Positions 1-8,471 of a DNA stretch of 64,000 nucleotides are shown piece by piece. Under the pieces are notes generated by a model, which was not told the DNA's origin, ran no database searches, and saw nothing but the letters and a program-made list of their open reading frames with translations. This DNA is from a virus. Location: IMG/VR virus record IMGVR_UViG_3300032298_000575, positions 6,005-70,004 of that record, one strand, 5' to 3'. Numbering within the stretch: position 1 is the stretch's first letter; every line of letters starts with the position of its first letter. Both the position numbers and the translations under genes were made by a program.

Positions 1-264
1 GGCCTGGTCTATGGACCCTATGGCGGTCTCGGTTTCTTCGAGCGGTGCGATCGGAAGGCTGTCGTGACTGCTTCCCGGTGGCGTCGTTTCCTGAAGTGCC
101 TTGCCGCCCTCTTCTAGCGCATCGAGGGGGTTCCGTCCGACCCGGCTCCCCTTCGAAAAGTTAATAATTCCATTTTGGGCGAAAAAATTTACAGCCCATG
201 ATAATGATAGATATAGGGGCGAGTTGGGGCCTGGCCCTCTACTCTGGTGGGGTGGGTGGTGGTG

Positions 265-765
265 TCACAAGGGTTCGGAATCTTTGTGTCCGACAGAGTA
301 ATCACCATCGATTGTGTCACTTTGTATACTTTGCACCATGTTCCCCGAATCGGTGTAACTCCCTAACAATGCGATGTTTACAACATTCTTGTCCTCTTGT
401 CTGTCCAGCCCTACAATCTTTCCTGCTATCTCTGTCGCTATCTTTACCTTATCAGCCTTGGCAAGTAACTGATCTTCAGGTAGTTGCTCTGCATATCGTG
501 TCATCTTTGATCCGATATTGTGGATGCTCTCTCTGATCGCCTCTCTTCTCTCTGCCCAAATGTCCCTTGCGATTGCCGCGCTTTTCTCTGAAGGGGAAAG
601 TTTGGATCGATTCAAAATGTCATTCCAACCTTCTCTGCAAGCTCTTGCCCTCAAGGTCTTTACGTTGATTTCAAATCGATCTGCTATCTCCTTTGCTTGG
701 ATGCCTTGGAGGTATAGTCCCCTTATTGCTTGCCAATCTACTGCAAGAGGTCTGTTTGCCATCAT
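265..765 (-). CDS. HTH protein, probable terminase small subunit
   Basis: N-terminus DWQAIRGLYLQG-IQAKEIADRFEINVKTLRARACREGW matches the HTH typical of TerS-like proteins; ATG at 765 or 762. Confidence 0.6.
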   Translation of the reverse strand: MMANRPLAVDWQAIRGLYLQGIQAKEIADRFEINVKTLRARACREGWNDILNRSKLSPSEKSAAIARDIWAERREAIRESIHNIGSKMTRYAEQLPEDQLLAKADKVKIATEIAGKIVGLDRQEDKNVVNIALLGSYTDSGNMVQSIQSDTIDGDYSVGHKDSEPL

Positions 766-825
766 TAATAATCGCACAAATCCCCCACAATTAACAGAGT
801 AAATCGCGCTGCTGGTCACTTATTA

Positions 826-857
826 ATGAGGCGAGGAACAGTTCCTCATCACCTCAT
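826..857 (+). other. Hairpin at the head of the early operon
   Basis: ATGAGG-CGAGGAAC-A-GTTCCTC-ATC-ACCTCAT imperfect inverted repeat. Confidence 0.45.
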
Positions 858-869
858 CAACCATAACAA

Positions 870-883
870 GTCCGTAAACGGAC
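870..883. promoter_or_regulatory. Palindromic operator-like site 1 (GTCC-N6-GGAC)
   Basis: GTCCGTAAACGGAC, intergenic, 20 nt before the first early gene. Confidence 0.65.
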
Positions 884-902
884 AAAGAAAGAACTAGAGA
901 AA

Positions 903-1298
903 ATGAAAAAGAACACAATGACCATCAGTATCAGCTACAGCGTTGCCAACACGACAGACAGCGTGAATGACGCAATCGCTCGTGAGATTCACGAGATCGA
1001 AACGCTAACCCAAGCTGCCAAGGCGCAACGCGACAAGCTATGCGCGTTCATCAAGGAGAACCGCGAAGCAATCGACGTTGACGCTGTCACGGCCACACTC
1101 AAAGCGAATGGCTACGCGAAGCAACGCATCTCCGAGTTGCTTCTGTCCTACGGCATCCGCCGCAAAGCACAGAAGAAAACGTGCGCGTCCGCCGCGTTGC
1201 AGAAAGAGGTCATGGCCGAGTTGGCTATCCTCCAGAAAAAGCACACCGATAAGAAGAAGCTCAAGGCTCTTCTCATTCGGATGTATCGCGCTTTGTAA
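903..1298 (+). CDS. Hypothetical early protein (basic, helical)
   Basis: 131-aa ORF, first gene of the + strand cluster. Confidence 0.75.
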   Translation: MKKNTMTISISYSVANTTDSVNDAIAREIHEIETLTQAAKAQRDKLCAFIKENREAIDVDAVTATLKANGYAKQRISELLLSYGIRRKAQKKTCASAALQKEVMAELAILQKKHTDKKKLKALLIRMYRAL

Positions 1299-1313
1299 GT
1301 CCGTTAACGGACT
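1298..1313. promoter_or_regulatory. Palindromic operator-like site 2
   Basis: Perfect 16-bp palindrome AGTCCGTTAACGGACT. Confidence 0.7.
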
Positions 1314-1316
1314 CAC

Positions 1317-1344
1317 TGAACCATGAACCATGAACCAAGAACCA
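1317..1344 (+). repeat. Tandem heptads (TGAACCA)x3 + AGAACCA
   Basis: Read directly. Confidence 0.85.
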
Positions 1345-1550
1345 TGAAAAAAGAAGACATCAGGAAGCTGCACGTTGTGATGACGCATCGTGCCATCGAC
1401 ACGCTCACCCGCGAGGAATTGCACGCTGCCAAGTATGGTGGCATGGAGTTCACCCGCCCCGAGCGGACAACTGTGAACCTCATCGAGCGGCCCCGTGTCG
1501 CGCAACCGATGACGTTCAGTCTTGCCAACCTCCTTCCGGTTGGCGTGTAA
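1344..1550 (+). CDS. Hypothetical protein
   Basis: MKKEDIRK... fills the gap in the + strand array. Confidence 0.6.
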   Translation: MKKEDIRKLHVVMTHRAIDTLTREELHAAKYGGMEFTRPERTTVNLIERPRVAQPMTFSLANLLPVGV

Positions 1551-1572
1551 TAACCCCGCAAACCCACATACC

Positions 1573-1755
1573 ATGACCATCGAAAAAGCCGCGCCCCAAA
1601 AGCGCATTGTCGAAGTCATCTGGTCACCCTCGCGTAATATCGTGAAGGTGAACGGAAAGAAGGTCGAAGCTCCCCTTCCTTTGCCGGAAGCGTGTGTCTT
1701 CGAGTTCTATCGTCCCGCAACATCTGAAACCGGAGGCGTCTATGCGGAAGCCTAA
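1573..1755 (+). CDS. Hypothetical protein
   Basis: MTIEKAAPQK..., follows a GTAATAAC motif. Confidence 0.55.
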   Translation: MTIEKAAPQKRIVEVIWSPSRNIVKVNGKKVEAPLPLPEACVFEFYRPATSETGGVYAEA

Positions 1756-1840
1756 CGACGACATCCTCGACGCGATCCTCTGCAAGTTGGCGATCCTCGC
1801 CTTCCTCGCCGTCTGGATCTTGATCGAGGTCACCAAGTAA
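1742..1840 (+). CDS. Small membrane peptide (32 aa)
   Basis: MRKPNDDILDAILCKLAILAFLAVWILIEVTK, one hydrophobic helix; below the ORF-track cutoff. Confidence 0.5.
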   Translation: MRKPNDDILDAILCKLAILAFLAVWILIEVTK

Positions 1841-1862
1841 TAACGCCACACGCATACGCATA

Positions 1863-1897
1863 CACTGCCCGGAACGTCCCATCCGTTTCTGGCAGTG
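1863..1897 (+). other. Intergenic stem-loop
   Basis: CACTGCCCGGAACG...CGTTTCTGGCAGTG. Confidence 0.5.
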
Positions 1898-1903
1898 CAG
1901 CGT

Positions 1904-1917
1904 GTCCGTTAACGGAC
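1904..1917. promoter_or_regulatory. Palindromic operator-like site 3
   Basis: GTCCGTTAACGGAC. Confidence 0.7.
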
Positions 1918-1963
1918 TCGGGTGAATCGGCCCCGCCATTAGGGCCGGAGAGAAAGGTAAACA

Positions 1964-2230
1964 ATGCAAGCGATCATCACGAAGTATCTCGGCCCCACAA
2001 ATTCGCGGGGTGCGAGGATCAAGGCGGAATGCGGAAGGGGAAAGATCTTCTTCTCGTATCCGTATGAGTTGAGCGGCGATGAGGTTCATCGCGCTGCCGT
2101 CGAAGCGTTGGTCAGCAAGTTCAACGCGGAAGACCAGAAGGAATACGGGACAACACTGGCAACGTGGAATCGTCCGTTCATCACGGGGCAGATCCCGTCC
2201 GGTGAATATGTCCATGTCTTCACCGAATAG
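1964..2230 (+). CDS. Conserved phage hypothetical protein
   Basis: MQAIITKYLGPTNSRGARIKA N-terminus, a pattern I recognise from phage early genes; GAAAGG RBS. Confidence 0.8.
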   Translation: MQAIITKYLGPTNSRGARIKAECGRGKIFFSYPYELSGDEVHRAAVEALVSKFNAEDQKEYGTTLATWNRPFITGQIPSGEYVHVFTE

Positions 2231-2231
2231 C

Positions 2232-2444
2232 ATGAAGACCTACCGCATCACCGCAACGGGCCGCGAGAAGGGTGCAGAGGGTATTGTCTACCCGTTCACC
2301 GACATCGTGGAAGCCGAGTCCGACAGCATGGAGGACATCCTCCTGCCCTTGATCCAAGGCAAGACAGCGAGCGGCAAAGCGTGGGAACACATCCTGCCCC
2401 GCCGCATCGAAGAACAACCCCGAGTCCCAAACCGGACTCAATAG
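2232..2444 (+). CDS. Hypothetical protein
   Basis: MKTYRITATG..., abuts the previous stop. Confidence 0.65.
   Translation: MKTYRITATGREKGAEGIVYPFTDIVEAESDSMEDILLPLIQGKTASGKAWEHILPRRIEEQPRVPNRTQ
2422..2439. promoter_or_regulatory. Palindromic operator-like site 4
   Basis: GAGTCC-CAAACC-GGACTC. Confidence 0.6.
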
Positions 2445-2456
2445 AAAGGAAACCAC

Positions 2457-2975
2457 ATGAGCATAACAGACATCGAACTCACGCCATTGCGTGACGTAGT
2501 AGAGAACCCGAGCGGTTGGGATTCACTTTCCAACTACCTCGGCGAGATACCGGAACCCGAATGGCTTTGCGTGATGACCCGCAATCGTGATTCGGATCAC
2601 CTCACCGAGAGCAACTGGCGTTGTGCGCTCAAGCAACTCGGCGGCGAGGGTGACAACGTGTCGATCTCCCGCTTCGGCCATTGGGCTTGCGGTTGGTGGG
2701 AAGCGTTGTCGGTCAAGGCCGGATCACCACAGCAACGCATTGCACAGGAGATTGTCTCATCGCTCTCGGACTACCCCGTCCTCGACGACGACGACTTCTG
2801 CAACCTTGAACAAGAGGAAGCGGATCGAGTGTGGCGTGACTGCTACAACGACAGCGACCGGATCGAATACATCCGCGAGCACCGCAGCCAGTTCGACTTC
2901 TACAACTACGCTGAACTCCTCGGCTGCGCTCGGGGAAAATACTTCTGCGGCTACGCCAACGAACTCCTCCACTAA
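2457..2975 (+). CDS. Conserved phage hypothetical protein (acidic)
   Basis: 172 aa, ESNW...RFGHWACGW motif, GAAAGGAA RBS. Confidence 0.8.
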   Translation: MSITDIELTPLRDVVENPSGWDSLSNYLGEIPEPEWLCVMTRNRDSDHLTESNWRCALKQLGGEGDNVSISRFGHWACGWWEALSVKAGSPQQRIAQEIVSSLSDYPVLDDDDFCNLEQEEADRVWRDCYNDSDRIEYIREHRSQFDFYNYAELLGCARGKYFCGYANELLH

Positions 2976-2979
2976 CCAA

Positions 2980-2993
2980 GTCCGTTAACGGAC
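2980..2993. promoter_or_regulatory. Palindromic operator-like site 5
   Basis: GTCCGTTAACGGAC. Confidence 0.7.
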
Positions 2994-3011
2994 ACAACGA
3001 AAGGAACCAAC

Positions 3012-3725
3012 ATGAAAGAACTCATCACCTTCGACAATGCGAAGACCATCAAGGGCGAGGATCTCGGCTATCTCACCGGAATCCTGTACCTTGCACCATA
3101 TACCTTGAGCGGACGCAACGTGTGTCCGTTCGCCAGCAAGGAGTGCATCAAGCTCTGCCTCAATACAGCGGGGCGGGGCGCAATGGATCCGGTGCAGGAA
3201 GCCCGCATCCGCAAGACGCACCTCTTCCACCAAGATCCGAAAGCGTTCGTCGAGAACATCGACCACAACATCATCAAGGCCAAGGCCAAGGCCGGTCGCA
3301 AGCGCATGACGCTCGCCATCCGGCTCAACGGCACAAGCGACTTGCCTTGGGAGAACTTGGGCGGCGAGCTTGGCTTGACCCTCATGGAACGTCACCCCGA
3401 TCTGACGTTCTACGACTACACCAAGAACCCTAAGCGGATGTATCGGTATCTCGCCGGAGTGATGCCGGAGAACTACAAGCTCACGTTCTCCCGCTCCGAG
3501 AGTAACGAGACCGAGGCGTATGCGGTGACCCGACTCGGCGGCAATGTGGCGGTTGTCTTCACCACTCCCAAGGGTGACACGTTACCCGAGACCTACCTCG
3601 GTCGTCCGGTCATCGACGGCGACGAGCATGACTTGCGCTTCCTTGATCCCTCCGGCGTGGTCGTCGGATTACGGGCCAAGGGCAAGGCGCGGAAGCAACG
3701 CGGCGGCTTTGTGGTCGCAGCGTAA
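3012..3725 (+). CDS. Gene product 88 (GP88)-like protein, radical-SAM-like Cys motif
   Basis: NVCPFASKECIKLCL, IRLNGTSDLPWE, FYDYTK, LTFSRSE, IDGDEHDLRFLD motifs. Confidence 0.75.
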   Translation: MKELITFDNAKTIKGEDLGYLTGILYLAPYTLSGRNVCPFASKECIKLCLNTAGRGAMDPVQEARIRKTHLFHQDPKAFVENIDHNIIKAKAKAGRKRMTLAIRLNGTSDLPWENLGGELGLTLMERHPDLTFYDYTKNPKRMYRYLAGVMPENYKLTFSRSESNETEAYAVTRLGGNVAVVFTTPKGDTLPETYLGRPVIDGDEHDLRFLDPSGVVVGLRAKGKARKQRGGFVVAA

Positions 3726-3761
3726 TAACACCACAACAACAAACGAAAGGAACCAATAGCT

Positions 3762-4286
3762 ATGAGCATCAAAGAAATGGAAGACAGATACAACGTGCGG
3801 CTGATCGCCACACAAGACGACACTCCGGTGCGAGGCAACGCCCTCGCAAGCGGAGACGACGAAGAGGACCGGAAGTATGAAAACTTAATCCTCGCACGGC
3901 TCGACAACGGGGATGTCTGGGCATGGGCGCAAGTCGAAGTGCAAGCCACCCTGCCTGATGGCCGCACCGGATCGGCGTACCTCGGAGGTTGTTGCTATGA
4001 GGACGAGCAGGACTTCAAGACAGACAACCCTTACTACGAGGACATGGTGCGTGAGGCGATCGGCAACGCCCACGATTGCAACCCGATCCCTTGCGAGGAG
4101 GAACCCTTCCTGCAAGACCTCTTGTCCTTCGTCGCCTACGTCCACCGCAATACGGATATCGACGACAGCAAGAAGTTGAGCCTCCTCGTCTCGACCCTCA
4201 TGCACGACTTGGGCGGCGTGATCGACGGCGACACGCACTTCCTGCCCCGAGTCAACGGATACCGCAGCAAGTATCCGCTCATTTGA
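3762..4286 (+). CDS. Hypothetical protein
   Basis: 174-aa ORF with the shared leader. Confidence 0.75.
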   Translation: MSIKEMEDRYNVRLIATQDDTPVRGNALASGDDEEDRKYENLILARLDNGDVWAWAQVEVQATLPDGRTGSAYLGGCCYEDEQDFKTDNPYYEDMVREAIGNAHDCNPIPCEEEPFLQDLLSFVAYVHRNTDIDDSKKLSLLVSTLMHDLGGVIDGDTHFLPRVNGYRSKYPLI

Positions 4287-4303
4287 GTCCCAAACCGGAC
4301 TCA
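4284..4303. promoter_or_regulatory. Palindromic operator-like site 6
   Basis: TGAGTCC-CAAACC-GGACTCA, same core as site 4. Confidence 0.6.
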
Positions 4304-4333
4304 CCAACCACAACACCAAACGAAAGGAACCAC

Positions 4334-4720
4334 ATGGCACTACATTGGAACGTCACTAACTGCAAAAACCACAAGGCACTCACCAACGAGGATGAGTGGC
4401 CGATCACCAACGCCCTCATCTGGATCTCGATGAGCACGGGCATCCGTGAGATCACCGAGGAGAAGATCCCCGAGATCTATGCTCGCATCCGCACATGGGA
4501 AGACATCGTCGGCCCGATGCTGCACGGCAAAGACACCGAGACGGGTGAGATCGTCGATCGGCACATCGAAGTCGCCGATCTAGTCAAGCGCATCGGCCTG
4601 ACCACCAACGCATCGAGCATGACCCGCGCCGAGTGGCGCAAGAACCTCGGTGCGTACTTCGACCGAGAAGCGAACAGACTCAAGCGGGACGCCGAGCAGA
4701 AGATGAAGGAGGCAGCATGA
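4334..4720 (+). CDS. Hypothetical protein
   Basis: MALHWNV..., after AACGAAAGGAACC. Confidence 0.75.
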   Translation: MALHWNVTNCKNHKALTNEDEWPITNALIWISMSTGIREITEEKIPEIYARIRTWEDIVGPMLHGKDTETGEIVDRHIEVADLVKRIGLTTNASSMTRAEWRKNLGAYFDREANRLKRDAEQKMKEAA

Positions 4721-4992
4721 GTCGCCTCTTACTCAAACCCCTCGACACCGGAGGCGAGATGATCCCGTGGCTCGAATACCGAACCATGCAGCATGAAGCG
4801 TGCATCATGGATTACTTCGCAGGGGCCGATGAAGAGATGGCCCAAGCCGCGCAAGCGGTGGAGGAGCGAGCCTTCGGTGTGGTCTGCGACCATGTCCGCA
4901 AGGCCCACAAAAAATTGTCTATCATCATGGAGATGGGCAAAGCGCACAAGGAACTGAAGTGGGTGCAGCAGCATCCCAAACTCAACCAATAG
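4717..4992 (+). CDS. Hypothetical protein
   Basis: ATGA overlap with the upstream gene, AAGGAGG RBS. Confidence 0.7.
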   Translation: MSRLLLKPLDTGGEMIPWLEYRTMQHEACIMDYFAGADEEMAQAAQAVEERAFGVVCDHVRKAHKKLSIIMEMGKAHKELKWVQQHPKLNQ

Positions 4993-5006
4993 AAAGGAAA
5001 CTGAAC

Positions 5007-5279
5007 ATGACAACCGAAGAACTACACGAAGAACTCCGCAAGTGCGGGTTCCACAAGATCGGGACCGGCGGGGGCTGCGATGCCCTCGTCAAATCCTTCA
5101 TCGGACGCCGCGACATCGAAGTGATGCTCACGGCATTCGAGGACGCCACTGTCCCCGAGGCCGACGACCAAGTCCACATCACCATCCGTTTCGAGGGTGA
5201 CACCGAGGCATGGTTTGTTCTCTCACCGGAACAGATCTTGGACTTCGCCAAGACACTAACCATCAACGAGACCTCGTAG
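5007..5279 (+). CDS. Hypothetical protein
   Basis: MTTEELH..., TGGGC motif, GAAAGGAA RBS. Confidence 0.7.
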   Translation: MTTEELHEELRKCGFHKIGTGGGCDALVKSFIGRRDIEVMLTAFEDATVPEADDQVHITIRFEGDTEAWFVLSPEQILDFAKTLTINETS

Positions 5280-5290
5280 AAAGGAACCAC

Positions 5291-5473
5291 ATGAACACAT
5301 TACTGATCCTTGAGTCGGCGGCACAATTCAATGCGACCCACAACTACGACATCGAGGCGGCATTGCGTTTGTCCGCTGCGGTCGTGCGTCACGCGCACAT
5401 GGTTCAGCTTGCCCGGAAAGAGCAAGCCGACCCGCAACTCACCCTGCCCATCGAGTTCGATGCGGCTTCGTAA
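5291..5473 (+). CDS. Hypothetical protein
   Basis: GAAAGGAA RBS. Confidence 0.65.
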   Translation: MNTLLILESAAQFNATHNYDIEAALRLSAAVVRHAHMVQLARKEQADPQLTLPIEFDAAS

Positions 5474-5499
5474 TAACACCACAATAGAAAGGAACTACC

Positions 5500-6390
5500 A
5501 TGAAGAAGATCAAGAACCTCCAAGACTTCCTCGCCCATGTCGGCGGGGACACCCCGTATCAAGCGGGGCGCGGCCTCTACAAATACACCGACTGCGGCCC
5601 GTGGATTACCTACCTCGTCGAGGAGACGCCGCAGCAAAGCGTCAGTCTCGAAGTCACAGTCCACATGAAGGATGGCAAACTCCACGCCTCGTGTGCGGAG
5701 TCCATCTTCGACTACGAGAACGAACGCGCACCGGAAGTCCTCGGTCTGCTCGGGTTCCACCCCGACGGGACAGGCGACAAGATCGGACGCTCGGTCGCCG
5801 CGTATCGCCGCAAGGTCGAGGAGTTCATCGGGCGCAAGGTCGCAAAGGGGGAAGCCACCGCAACCATCGGTGACAGCACCGACCCCTACACGTTGACCCT
5901 CTACCCTCAACGCCCGACCGAACTCGGATGCCGACCCGCCCCGAAAGCAGTCAACATCTTGATGCACCGCATCGAGAAACCGACTTACGAGGAAGTCTAC
6001 TACGAGTCCGACCGGGCCAATGCCATGCTCGACAAATGCATAGGCATCAAGATGGGCAGCATCGTCGAGGGGAGCGAGGCATACGTTGATCGCGAGCCGA
6101 TGATGTTCCCCTTCTCCGGCAAGGAGTTCGACGAATACGTCAAGAGCATCAACGACGAGGCTTGCTTCTACTGGGATCGCGACAACCTCGACCACTACAA
6201 GGTCGAGAACGGCAAGAAGGAATACTACATCACCTCCGGATGGTTCCGCGAGTTGAAGCTCCCGAAGAAACTCCAAGGCATCGTCAACGAATTCCTCCAG
6301 TCCAACGACATCGAGGATGACGAAGCCATCACCATACCCAACACCAAGGTCGTCATCACAAAGATCCCGACCGACTGCTGGTCATACTAA
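5500..6390 (+). CDS. Hypothetical protein (296 aa)
   Basis: Long ORF with RBS; YKYTDCG and GSIVEGS motifs. Confidence 0.8.
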   Translation: MKKIKNLQDFLAHVGGDTPYQAGRGLYKYTDCGPWITYLVEETPQQSVSLEVTVHMKDGKLHASCAESIFDYENERAPEVLGLLGFHPDGTGDKIGRSVAAYRRKVEEFIGRKVAKGEATATIGDSTDPYTLTLYPQRPTELGCRPAPKAVNILMHRIEKPTYEEVYYESDRANAMLDKCIGIKMGSIVEGSEAYVDREPMMFPFSGKEFDEYVKSINDEACFYWDRDNLDHYKVENGKKEYYITSGWFRELKLPKKLQGIVNEFLQSNDIEDDEAITIPNTKVVITKIPTDCWSY

Positions 6391-6416
6391 ACAACAAACG
6401 AAAGGAAACTAACACC

Positions 6417-6605
6417 ATGAGACTGCAACTGTTTGAACGTAGCGTCTACGGACGCCAGAGCATCTACCCCACTGGGCAGCTTGCTCCTTACCTCCAACGC
6501 CTGACGCGCAAGACGACCATCGATCATCGCGACCTCGACGCGCTGACCGAGTTAGGCATCGACATCGAGTGGGTCAAAGACCCGAACAACCAACACGACA
6601 AATAA
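6417..6605 (+). CDS. Conserved phage hypothetical protein
   Basis: VYG-x3-IYP and LT-x-KT motifs, shared leader. Confidence 0.7.
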   Translation: MRLQLFERSVYGRQSIYPTGQLAPYLQRLTRKTTIDHRDLDALTELGIDIEWVKDPNNQHDK

Positions 6606-6623
6606 AGAAAGGAAACCAAAACC

Positions 6624-6836
6624 ATGATTGAGATCGACACCGAATCCACCCTCTACGTCTGCACTGATGGGACAAACGCGGAGGTTCACCTTCTTATCCC
6701 CAAGGGTAGGAAGTTCACCGACACCGAGCATCTCCGCTGTGATGACCCCGATCCTTATGGGCCGCACGGCAGCGATGCTGCGGTCTTCAAGCTCCTTTGC
6801 GAAAGCGACATGGAGCATCACACGTTCGACATCTAA
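6624..6836 (+). CDS. Hypothetical protein
   Basis: Shared leader. Confidence 0.65.
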   Translation: MIEIDTESTLYVCTDGTNAEVHLLIPKGRKFTDTEHLRCDDPDPYGPHGSDAAVFKLLCESDMEHHTFDI

Positions 6837-6859
6837 CCACCAACGAAAGGAAACCAAAT

Positions 6860-7072
6860 ATGACAACTCACTGGTATATCTGGGGAGCAACAAACTCCCG
6901 CCGCCGTCCATCCCGCTTCGCAATCGAAGCAACCTCTGAAGAGGAGGCAAGAGCAAGAGTCTACAGACTCTACGACGATCACGACCATCGCTTTGAGGCC
7001 GACCACAAGCCGCGAGTTATGGAAACACAAGACGATCTCTACGGAGCAACGCTCCATCCCCTGCAACGATAA
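6860..7072 (+). CDS. Hypothetical protein
   Basis: MTTHWYIWG..., EATSEEEA motif, shared leader. Confidence 0.65.
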   Translation: MTTHWYIWGATNSRRRPSRFAIEATSEEEARARVYRLYDDHDHRFEADHKPRVMETQDDLYGATLHPLQR

Positions 7073-7092
7073 CAACCAACGAAAGGAAACCA

Positions 7093-7272
7093 ATGAGAAA
7101 AGACAAACTGCAAGAAACCTATGACCTCGCCGTGCGCGAGGTGCTGGCCGACTTGTCGGTCATGGAGGAAGACGACGAGTTCTATACGCTCTCCGTTAAC
7201 AAGGACAGCTACGACAGACTGCTCGCCGCCGAATACAAACTGCTCGCTTACAAAGAGGAGGAATACAAATGA
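7093..7272 (+). CDS. Hypothetical acidic protein (59 aa)
   Basis: MRKDKLQETY... after AACGAAAGGAAACC; below the ORF-track cutoff. Confidence 0.65.
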   Translation: MRKDKLQETYDLAVREVLADLSVMEEDDEFYTLSVNKDSYDRLLAAEYKLLAYKEEEYK

Positions 7273-7505
7273 AACACCAAACCTACTACGTCTGCATTAT
7301 TCCCCTCGCCTACGAGATCATGTCTCTGGCGGCGAGCGAGGAGGAAGCCATCAACTTGGCGGCAAGCAAAGCCGCCGAGTATCTCACCAAGCAGGGGCTT
7401 GTCTACGAAGGCACGGGCAAGCCGCACACTGCTGACACCATTGTCGAGTTCTTCGGAACCCGCACTTACGCAATCGAAACCGGAACAGCCATCGTCTGTT
7501 CATAG
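7269..7505 (+). CDS. Hypothetical protein
   Basis: ATGA overlap, GAGGAGG RBS. Confidence 0.65.
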   Translation: MKHQTYYVCIIPLAYEIMSLAASEEEAINLAASKAAEYLTKQGLVYEGTGKPHTADTIVEFFGTRTYAIETGTAIVCS

Positions 7506-7516
7506 AAAGGAAACCA

Positions 7517-7699
7517 ATGAGAAACATCATGTTTGATCTGGCTGCAACCATCGACACCGAGAAGGAGTTCGAGCAGTTGACTGTCTCCGAACTTGTCGAG
7601 GCTGTCCGCAAACGGCTGCACGACATCCTCAAAGAGAACTGCATCGAAGCCTTCGGGTATTGCGATGAATACGAAATCGAAACAACGAAAGGAGAATGA
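7517..7699 (+). CDS. Hypothetical protein
   Basis: GAAAGGAA RBS. Confidence 0.65.
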   Translation: MRNIMFDLAATIDTEKEFEQLTVSELVEAVRKRLHDILKENCIEAFGYCDEYEIETTKGE

Positions 7700-8001
7700 C
7701 CATGAAACCAACATCCGAAATGATCGACCAACTTAAGATCGCCGCCGAGGCTGCATCGTTCTATTGCAGCAATCCGAGGGACGCGATCCAAGTAGAGAAC
7801 GGCCTCGACCTCATCGACGACGATGTCGTTCCGGGCATCTACGATGTCGAGAAGCGTCACAAGAAACTCTGCAACGTGCTGCGTGAAGCCCTCGCGTGGT
7901 GCAAGCAGGATGCCACCAATGAGGATTGTTTCCCGTCACAGGATATGCTCGACGCTCGCGTCGATGCCTTGCAGGAAGCCCTCAAGCTGGCTCGTGAGTA
8001 A
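7696..8001 (+). CDS. Hypothetical protein
   Basis: AAAGGAG RBS, ATGA overlap. Confidence 0.65.
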   Translation: MTMKPTSEMIDQLKIAAEAASFYCSNPRDAIQVENGLDLIDDDVVPGIYDVEKRHKKLCNVLREALAWCKQDATNEDCFPSQDMLDARVDALQEALKLARE

Positions 8002-8027
8002 TAAACCCGTAACAAGAAAGGAACTAA
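7997..8027 (+). repeat. 31-bp direct repeat, copy 1
   Basis: AGTAATAAACCCGTAACAAGAAAGGAACTAA, identical at 8436-8466. Confidence 0.9.
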
Positions 8028-8032
8028 CACCA

Positions 8033-8440
8033 ATGACTATACTTAACCAACCTTGTCCCGAATGCGGACGCGAAGATGGCGGCAAGTGGGAATACCCCTG
8101 CCCTTCCGACGACTGCGTTCTTCACGGCAATCGCGTAGACCGAGCCTTCACCCATGTCGAAGCGAGCGACAACAACTGCTCCTTCCTCTGCAATGAGGAT
8201 GGATTGGATATCGCCACGCTGCATCGGGTTCGTCCCGACGAAGTCTCCGACACCGATCACAAGGCTGCCTGCCTCTCCGACAAGGGGTGGCAAGCGACAG
8301 TCAACCTGGTCGCTGCTGCACCGGCGATGCTGGAAGCGTTGCGCTACATCGCCACACTCGACACCTCGCAAGACGCCAGCCCCGCGCAGTGTCGTGCGGT
8401 CGCGGTTGCGATGGATGCAATCGACAAGGCCACCAAGTAA
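8033..8440 (+). CDS. Hypothetical protein (CPEC knuckle, LVAAAPAMLEAL motif)
   Basis: Motifs common in phage early proteins; flanked by the 31-bp repeats. Confidence 0.7.
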   Translation: MTILNQPCPECGREDGGKWEYPCPSDDCVLHGNRVDRAFTHVEASDNNCSFLCNEDGLDIATLHRVRPDEVSDTDHKAACLSDKGWQATVNLVAAAPAMLEALRYIATLDTSQDASPAQCRAVAVAMDAIDKATK

Positions 8441-8466
8441 TAAACCCGTAACAAGAAAGGAACTAA
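8436..8466 (+). repeat. 31-bp direct repeat, copy 2
   Basis: Identical to 7997-8027. Confidence 0.9.
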
Positions 8467-8471
8467 ACACC

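Noticed and set aside
1-260. ORFs 101-301 and 198-536
   Set aside because: No RBS, no motifs, and they overlap the TerS-like gene antisense; the upstream context is cut by the window edge
870-4303. Palindromic repeats read as a CRISPR array or integron attC sites
   Set aside because: Spacing is 430-1300 bp with whole genes in between, the repeats are only 14-20 bp, there is no RYYYAAC/GTTRRRY attC architecture and no cas operon (the Cas4-like nuclease is in the replication module)
7190-7206. TCCGTTAAC as a seventh palindromic operator
   Set aside because: Only a half match, inside a CDS, with the right arm displaced
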